DNA of 39,413 nt from Pontimonas sp. (GTDB lineage Bacteria > Actinomycetota > Actinomycetes > Actinomycetales > Microbacteriaceae): NCBI GenBank assembly GCA_021741925.1, contig JAIOWW010000001.1:1-39413 (forward strand). Direction: 5' to 3'. The notes beneath the pieces were generated by a model that saw nothing but the letters and a program-made list of their open reading frames with translations, ran no database searches and was not told the DNA's origin. Shown here in pieces: positions 34,185 to 39,413 of this stretch (positions are counted from its first letter, which is position 1; each line of letters begins with the position of its first letter). The position numbers and the translations under genes were made by a program.

Positions 34185-35747
34185 TCACTCGATACGCTCC
34201 GAACCTTCGACATCAGTATTCCGAGCGCGAGCGAATCGACGCCGGAGGGCGGCAAGAATGCTGCCACCGGCAAGGACACCGGTTCCCGCGCCCAGCCACA
34301 CTCCCGCACCCACAGGCTCGGGAATATCGGAACCCATCTCACTGGTCACCCGAGGAGCTCTCTCCCGGGAGGGGGAGACCAGTGGTGAGGGAGGGCTTTC
34401 CTCTCGAGGCGGGAGGATCTCGGGAATCTCGAAGCTTGGCGTCACTGGAGTAATAGCGGGAGCGGGGTCCAGGGGTTGGGCAACGACGGTGCCAACCTCA
34501 GGAGCAGGCCCGGGGTTTGGTGCAAGAGCAGAGACGTCGGTGGGCTCGGTGAGGGCTGCAGGTTCTTCCTCGAGCACCGGAACTAGTGGAGCTGCCAGGA
34601 TGCTCAGTGTTGCGGTGGAGGTGGAAGGCCTCGAGAGTGTCACCACCCCATTGGAGTCATGTCGCTCGCGCGAGGACCACACCACGGGGTAGGTCCCGGG
34701 TTCCACCGAAGCTGATGCCGAGAGTGTGGCTCGTAACGAACCGCCTGCGTCGCTAGCTCGCTCCCAAGTCACACCTGCCGGGAGCCCGGAGAGCTCGAGT
34801 GTCCTCGTCGCGGGGGCGGCAGAGGGCTGGTACGGCTCCGCAAAGGCCATGGTGAGGGGTGCTGAAGGCTCGCCATCAGCGGTGATACTCCAGGTTGCTG
34901 GCAGGGCACACGATGTGATGCTCTCCCACGTGGAACCAAACTCTCCCGAGTGTGACGCGGCAAACGTTGAGGCTGCACTTGCGGAGCAGGGATCTGCATC
35001 GATAATCCCGACCGTGATGTCCATGGTGAAATCTGTTGCATCCCCCGTCAGGAGATACAGGGTGGGACTCCTATCCCCATCGACCAGTGGTGTGTAGATC
35101 GATTCCCCACCCTCGAAGGTGGGGGTGCCGGCAGCGCTGGTCACATGGATGATCACACTCGGGTGGGAACCCGATGAATCGGTGATGAGCAGGGTTGAGG
35201 TGCCCGCGCCGCTATAGCTGGGGTTGTAGCCATCACTGAGTTGCGCCACCCAATAAAGCCTGCGGTCAATGGCGGACTCATCCGCGAGGGAGCGGTGGCG
35301 CATGGAAAAGCGAACCTGGTTGCCACTGAGGCTGATGGTTTTCTCGGTATAGATCTGGTTATTGGGATTCGCACTCAAATAGCCAGGCGTGGTCCAGGAA
35401 GAATCACCGCCGGGCGAGGGCGACGCTGTGCCGGGATCGGGAGAAATATCTCGGCGGGCTTCCGTCCCGGTCGCCGTCGTCCACTCCAACCCCATCATCC
35501 CGAGCGAATCAAAAGCGGGAGATTGCCAGCCATTCAGGCCGGTGATGAAGTCTCTTTGTGAACCACCGGAGAGAACACCAAAGAAGTCATCAAAGCCTTG
35601 GTACTCGACGCTTGCCGTCTGAGGACCAGGAGATGTTGCCTGGGTTGGTGGGAGCGCAATCTGCGTGAGGCCTGCTCCGAGTAGCACCACCCCCACCCAG
35701 GAGGTGGCGGCAGAAAAGGTCCGCGGGGAAGTGGTCTGCTGTCTCAT
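34185..35747 (-). CDS. Exported surface protein with signal peptide, Pro-rich stalk and C-terminal membrane anchor
   Basis: N-terminal hydrophobic signal ending TQA, S/T/G-rich body, P/E-rich linker, then IPEP, a TM segment and RRR; TAGCCT-N6-ATG upstream. Confidence 0.78.
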   Translation of the reverse strand: MRQQTTSPRTFSAATSWVGVVLLGAGLTQIALPPTQATSPGPQTASVEYQGFDDFFGVLSGGSQRDFITGLNGWQSPAFDSLGMMGLEWTTATGTEARRDISPDPGTASPSPGGDSSWTTPGYLSANPNNQIYTEKTISLSGNQVRFSMRHRSLADESAIDRRLYWVAQLSDGYNPSYSGAGTSTLLITDSSGSHPSVIIHVTSAAGTPTFEGGESIYTPLVDGDRSPTLYLLTGDATDFTMDITVGIIDADPCSASAASTFAASHSGEFGSTWESITSCALPATWSITADGEPSAPLTMAFAEPYQPSAAPATRTLELSGLPAGVTWERASDAGGSLRATLSASASVEPGTYPVVWSSRERHDSNGVVTLSRPSTSTATLSILAAPLVPVLEEEPAALTEPTDVSALAPNPGPAPEVGTVVAQPLDPAPAITPVTPSFEIPEILPPREESPPSPLVSPSRERAPRVTSEMGSDIPEPVGAGVWLGAGTGVLAGGSILAALRRRFARARNTDVEGSERIE

Positions 35748-35786
35748 GGTGGAAGGCTAGAAGCCTTCGGATTGTCCCCGTCAAAG

Positions 35787-35795
35787 TTATCCACA
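35787..35795 (+). promoter_or_regulatory. Perfect DnaA-box 9-mer in the divergent promoter region upstream of purM
   Basis: TTATCCACA, single copy. Confidence 0.35.
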
Positions 35796-35828
35796 GCTCG
35801 GGTGTGGCCACTGCCTTAGGATTGGGGT

Positions 35829-36950
35829 GTGAGCGAGCCCTCCCCCTATCAATCGAGTGGAGTGGACACCACGGCCGGCGATCGGGCCGTCGAGCTCATG
35901 AGAGCCGCAGTCCTCGGAAGCCATTCGCCTCGTGTCATGGGTGGCGTAGGCGGATTTGCGGGGCTCTATGACGCGTCCATCCTCACCTCCTATACCCATC
36001 CAATCCTCGCCACGTCGACAGACGGGGTGGGGACCAAAGTCGCTATCGCCCAGGCAATGGATGTCCACGACACCATCGGCTGGGATCTCGTCGGCATGGT
36101 CGTCGACGACATCGTCGTCGTCGGGGCGACGCCCCTGTTCATGACCGACTACATTGCCTGCGGCCGTGTTGTCCCTGAGCGAATTGCAGCCATCGTTCGA
36201 GGAATTGCTGAAGCCGCGACGAGTTGCGGTGTGTCTTTGGTGGGCGGAGAGACAGCAGAACATCCTGGACTTTTGGACCCTGACGAATATGACGTCGCCG
36301 GAGCTGCCACCGGTGTTGTCGAAGCTGGCGACATGCTCGACCCCGCCAAAGTTCGTGCCGGCGATGCGGTTATCGCCATGGCTTCCAGCGGCCTCCACAG
36401 CAATGGCTTCTCCTTGGTGCGAAAAATTGTTGCCGATCAGGGGTGGGACCTGCACGCCACGAGACCCGAGTTTTCCCGGGCATTGGGTCTCGAGCTACTC
36501 GAGCCCACCATGCTCTATACCGCTGCCCTCCTTGAACTCATCGCGGCGCACCCCGGAGCGCTTCACATGTTGAGCCACGTGACCGGTGGGGGGTTGGCCC
36601 AGAATCTCTCGCGCGTCATCCCTCAAGGGCTGGCTATCGATGTTGACCGCTCGACCTGGTCGCCGCCCACCGTCATGCAGGTGCTGGCTGATGCCGGTGG
36701 CTTCACCCTGGGTCAGGTCGAGGACACCTGGAATATGGGGATTGGCATGGTGGCTGTGGTGGACGCCGCACAAGCTTCAGCAGTGACTGCGACGTTGCGC
36801 GCCTCAGGCCACCAGGCATGGCAGGTCGGCGTTGTTAGCGAGAGCGCGGGAGAAGTGTCACACGACACCATCACGAGCGCTAAGGGTGTTGAGGGTGGCG
36901 CAATCCGTTTAGTCGGAACCTACGCGGACTCTTCCTCAGCGTCGTCGTAG
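35829..36950 (+). CDS. purM: Phosphoribosylformylglycinamidine cyclo-ligase (AIR synthase)
   Basis: TDGVGTK, GGETAEHP, SSGLHSNGFSLVR and HVTGGG motifs; TAGGAT-N6-GTG leaderless start. Confidence 0.97.
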   Translation: MSEPSPYQSSGVDTTAGDRAVELMRAAVLGSHSPRVMGGVGGFAGLYDASILTSYTHPILATSTDGVGTKVAIAQAMDVHDTIGWDLVGMVVDDIVVVGATPLFMTDYIACGRVVPERIAAIVRGIAEAATSCGVSLVGGETAEHPGLLDPDEYDVAGAATGVVEAGDMLDPAKVRAGDAVIAMASSGLHSNGFSLVRKIVADQGWDLHATRPEFSRALGLELLEPTMLYTAALLELIAAHPGALHMLSHVTGGGLAQNLSRVIPQGLAIDVDRSTWSPPTVMQVLADAGGFTLGQVEDTWNMGIGMVAVVDAAQASAVTATLRASGHQAWQVGVVSESAGEVSHDTITSAKGVEGGAIRLVGTYADSSSASS

Positions 36951-37093
36951 TCTGCCCACTTGTCTTCATAGGTGTTCTCGCCCTGTGACGTGGCGAGCTC
37001 CTTTTCGAGCTGCGACAGGTCGGTGTCAGGCGAGTAATACTTCAATTCGCGCGCCACTTTGGTGTGCTTTGCTTTTTGCCGACCGCGACCCAT
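36920..37093 (-). CDS. DUF3073-family small protein (Rv0810c-like), 57 aa, not in the supplied ORF track
   Basis: Hand translation gives MGRGRQKAKHTKVARELKYYSPDTDLSQLEKELATSQGENTYEDKWADYDDAEEESA*; RBS-like AAGGGGTG upstream; convergent with purM. Confidence 0.92.
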   Translation of the reverse strand: MGRGRQKAKHTKVARELKYYSPDTDLSQLEKELATSQGENTYEDKWADYDDAEEESA

Positions 37094-37200
37094 CGGTCAC
37101 CCCTTTGCTTCTTTCGACGAGGGCTGTGCTGCCCAAAACGTGCCGTATCAGGGATAGAGAATGGAGGGAGTTTATCACGCAGCGCACGGCGCTTCGATGA

Positions 37201-37554
37201 CTATGCAATCGCCGTCATAGCGATATATCCGAGGCCACATGCTGCAATCCCTACCAGTAGGTGCAGAGCCAGCGGACCCGCTACTCGCCCGACAGCATTT
37301 TCTGTGTTGGAAGGAACCATCACCACAGCAAGCGTCGAGAACGTGGTTAAACCTCCGGCAAGACCCACCATGAGGGGGTATGACCAGAAGGTTTCTGGAA
37401 GTGCTGCCACTGCGCCAATCGCTGCGGACCCGGTCACGTTGACGATTCCCAGGGACCACCACGGTGCATGAGGGAGTGCTTGAACGACAAGCCACCGCAG
37501 CAGTGCTCCCAGTGCACCGAGGCCAACGGTTGCGACCAGCACGAGAGGAGTCAT
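37201..37554 (-). CDS. crcB: Fluoride channel Fluc/CrcB, second subunit
   Basis: GALGALLR, VNVTGS and GLAGGLTTFST motifs; start set at ATG 37554 (ATGA overlap). Confidence 0.88.
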   Translation of the reverse strand: MTPLVLVATVGLGALGALLRWLVVQALPHAPWWSLGIVNVTGSAAIGAVAALPETFWSYPLMVGLAGGLTTFSTLAVVMVPSNTENAVGRVAGPLALHLLVGIAACGLGYIAMTAIA

Positions 37555-37928
37555 GATCGCGTCCGTCCTCGCGCGGCGACACCGAGTGCTCGCCCAGCGA
37601 GCACGGCGCCAATTCCTGCGACGAGTGTCACAGCGAGATATCCCCATCCCCACGCCATGACCTCGGTGACCGCAATCAGAGCGATCGCGGAGAACGTTGT
37701 GTAGGAGCCAAAGAACCCGACGGCAATTCCGGAGTGGAGCCACGGTGGAAACTCAGGCAGGCCCCGAGCGAGCACGAAGGCTAAGCCCAGTGCGCCCAGA
37801 GTATTGGCAGCAAGAGTCGCGATCATGTCCCCCTGGGGCAGGTGCGCGGTGGCTTCGAGCGCGCCAATTCGGGCGAGAGTGCCAAGCCCTCCCCCGAGGG
37901 CAACGGCTACTATTTCGCGAAGGCGCAC
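37551..37928 (-). CDS. crcB: Fluoride channel Fluc/CrcB, first subunit
   Basis: GGGLGTLAR, TLAANTLG and GFFGSYTTFS motifs. Confidence 0.9.
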   Translation of the reverse strand: MRLREIVAVALGGGLGTLARIGALEATAHLPQGDMIATLAANTLGALGLAFVLARGLPEFPPWLHSGIAVGFFGSYTTFSAIALIAVTEVMAWGWGYLAVTLVAGIGAVLAGRALGVAARGRTRS

Positions 37929-37967
37929 ACGCGAAGGCTACTCTTCTTGCGGAAATAGACTGAGCCC
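37929..37967. promoter_or_regulatory. Back-to-back leaderless promoters for crcB and the exported-protein gene
   Basis: Minus strand TAGCCT-N6-GTG (37940-37935); plus strand TAGACT-N6-ATG (37956-37961). Confidence 0.75.
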
Positions 37968-38615
37968 ATGACCTCCCCGAAGAGACCTTTTCTGCGAGTC
38001 CTGGCATGGGGAGGACTCGTCATCGTGAGCATTGCTGCGCTCATCGCGGCCTGGATAGTGCTGCCAATTGTGACTAGTTCACCGGCGGGCTCATCGGGGC
38101 AACAACTCGACGTGGAGGGCTATCCCTCGAGTGTTAGCGCCACCGGCGATGACGGTCGAACGAGAACTGTGGAGGCGGTATTTGCCACCGGCGAGGACAG
38201 GGATTTTTCGGCACTTGTTGCCGGTGACCGCCTTATCGTCTCGGGCTCTGGGTTTGACGCAAGCAAAGGGATTTATGTTGCTGTGTGCAAAGTGCCCGAA
38301 AAGGTAGGGGAGAAGCCCGGCCCGTGCCTGGGCGGAGTTCCCAGCACCGAAGGGGATGGCGATTCCACCGAGGGAGCTGTTGAATACGCAGCATCAAACT
38401 GGGTGAACGATGACTGGGCCTGGCGCCTTTTTGGAGCTCGGAGTTTCGATGACCGAGAGGCTGGATCGTTCACGGCCTACATCGACATCCCCGCTAGTGC
38501 GGATGAGAACGTCGATTGCACGCAGGTGCGCTGTGGGCTCTTCACGCGGAACGACCACACGGCTCTCGACGACCGGGTGCAGGATCTCTACTTGCCGGTG
38601 TCTTTCGCTAAGTAG
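37968..38615 (+). CDS. Membrane-anchored exported protein with a neocarzinostatin-apoprotein-like beta-sandwich
   Basis: N-terminal TM segment; GDRLIVSGSGF...YVAVC...C...GSF...VDCTQVRC...PVSF pattern with four Cys. Confidence 0.7.
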   Translation: MTSPKRPFLRVLAWGGLVIVSIAALIAAWIVLPIVTSSPAGSSGQQLDVEGYPSSVSATGDDGRTRTVEAVFATGEDRDFSALVAGDRLIVSGSGFDASKGIYVAVCKVPEKVGEKPGPCLGGVPSTEGDGDSTEGAVEYAASNWVNDDWAWRLFGARSFDDREAGSFTAYIDIPASADENVDCTQVRCGLFTRNDHTALDDRVQDLYLPVSFAK

Positions 38616-39205
38616 TCCGGCACTCGGAAAACCCGAATTGCTCGTTGGGCGATAGGCCCAATAGCGAGCGCAAAAATAATCGTTCCGACCCCGAAGCTGC
38701 CGCCGAGGCTCCACCCAATGAGCAAGACTGTGACCTCCACGACGGTGCGCACCGCCCACATCGGGTATCCAAAACGAGCGTTGAAACCGACCATCAGTCC
38801 ATCGCGGGGACCGGGACCAAAACGAGCTCCAATATAGAGACCGCTCGCTATCCCCATCATCAGAAGTCCAGCGGCAAAGAGGATCACTCGCTGAACAAAG
38901 TTCTCCGGAGTTTCCACGAGTGCGAGACCGACCTCCATGAAAGGTCCCACGAGGAGCGCGTTGAGAACTGTTCCGATTCCCGGCCTTTGTCGAAGCGGAA
39001 TCCAAATCAAGAGAACGACGAGGCCGCTCACCACGATGACCCAACCGATGCCAAAACCCCAGGTGACATGGAAACCCTCTGCAAAGACCGTCCAAGGGTC
39101 CACGCCAAGACTTGCCCGCAGCATCATCGCGGCGGCAAAACCAAAAAGGAAAAGCCCGGAGAGGAGTTGACTCCACCGTCTGAGGTAGTGGAGTCCGCGG
39201 TGCAC
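38588..39205 (-). CDS. YczE/YyaS/YitT-family membrane protein
   Basis: LGVDPWTVF..G, PGIGT, GPGPRDGL and LGGSFGVGT motifs; TAGAGT-N6-GTG favours the start at 39205 over 39211. Confidence 0.88.
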   Translation of the reverse strand: MHRGLHYLRRWSQLLSGLFLFGFAAAMMLRASLGVDPWTVFAEGFHVTWGFGIGWVIVVSGLVVLLIWIPLRQRPGIGTVLNALLVGPFMEVGLALVETPENFVQRVILFAAGLLMMGIASGLYIGARFGPGPRDGLMVGFNARFGYPMWAVRTVVEVTVLLIGWSLGGSFGVGTIIFALAIGPIAQRAIRVFRVPDYLAKDTGK

Positions 39206-39260
39206 TCGCATACTCTACGCCCGAGTCAACAAAACTTTTCCCCCACAACAGGGGCCGTGG

Positions 39261-39413
39261 TGATACTCTGGAGGACGGAACAAGAGAACGCCATCGGTGG
39301 CGAACCTCGTGGGCCATCGCCTCACAGTCGTGAGAGCGGCCGCATGTGTAGACGAAACAGCCCCGGTCTGGCTACTGGTGATCTGGGCCTGGTGTCATGT
39401 GTGACACCTCTTC
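39261..39413 (+). ncRNA. Promoter followed by a putative structured non-coding RNA or 5' leader (runs off the window edge)
   Basis: TGA-TACTCT extended -10 (39261-39269), followed by several hairpins and no convincing CDS start. Confidence 0.4.

Noticed and set aside
28990-35830. ZTP or purine riboswitches upstream of pur genes
   Set aside because: No consensus elements seen; purD and purM look leaderless and the purS and purF leaders are too short.
38394-39317. 307-aa minus-strand ORF
   Set aside because: Alternative frame over the well-supported YczE-type gene, with Arg/Ser/Pro-rich non-coding composition.
39284-39325. Minus-strand GGCGATGG...TTCGCC resembling a fluoride riboswitch near crcB
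   Set aside because: The loop is too long, the second stem and proper 3' pseudoknot partner are missing, and it is not upstream of crcB.

Overview
High-GC, densely packed chromosomal window from an actinobacterium; the gene content and order suggest a streamlined member of the Microbacteriaceae. In order it carries dcd, a C50-type carotenoid cluster (divergent idi; crtB-crtI-two small cyclase subunits-crtEb), an MFS transporter, and the dnaK-grpE-dnaJ-hspR-clpB operon preceded by three HAIR operators. It continues with a nitroreductase, a DUF6421-like gene paired with low-specificity threonine aldolase, an AEC transporter, xth, pyrE, a septum-formation-family protein, an orphan amino-methyltransferase, a TrmH-family methylase, an atypical membrane kinase/LuxR regulator pair, purA and chorismate mutase. 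The last part is a purine biosynthesis region (purL, purQ, purS, purC, purD, purF, purM) interleaved with accessory genes, then a small DUF3073 gene missed by the ORF track, a Fluc/CrcB pair, a neocarzinostatin-apoprotein-like exported protein, a YczE-type membrane protein and a structured non-coding stretch at the right edge. I saw no tRNA, rRNA, CRISPR array or transposase. The best leads are the DUF6421-like protein (resembles an M49/DPP III zincin with HDxxH instead of HExxH), the chromoprotein-fold exported protein, a surface protein with a PEP-CTERM-like tail, the putative structured RNA at the right edge, and pervasive leaderless back-to-back promoters. All family assignments come from reading motifs by eye; no searches were run.
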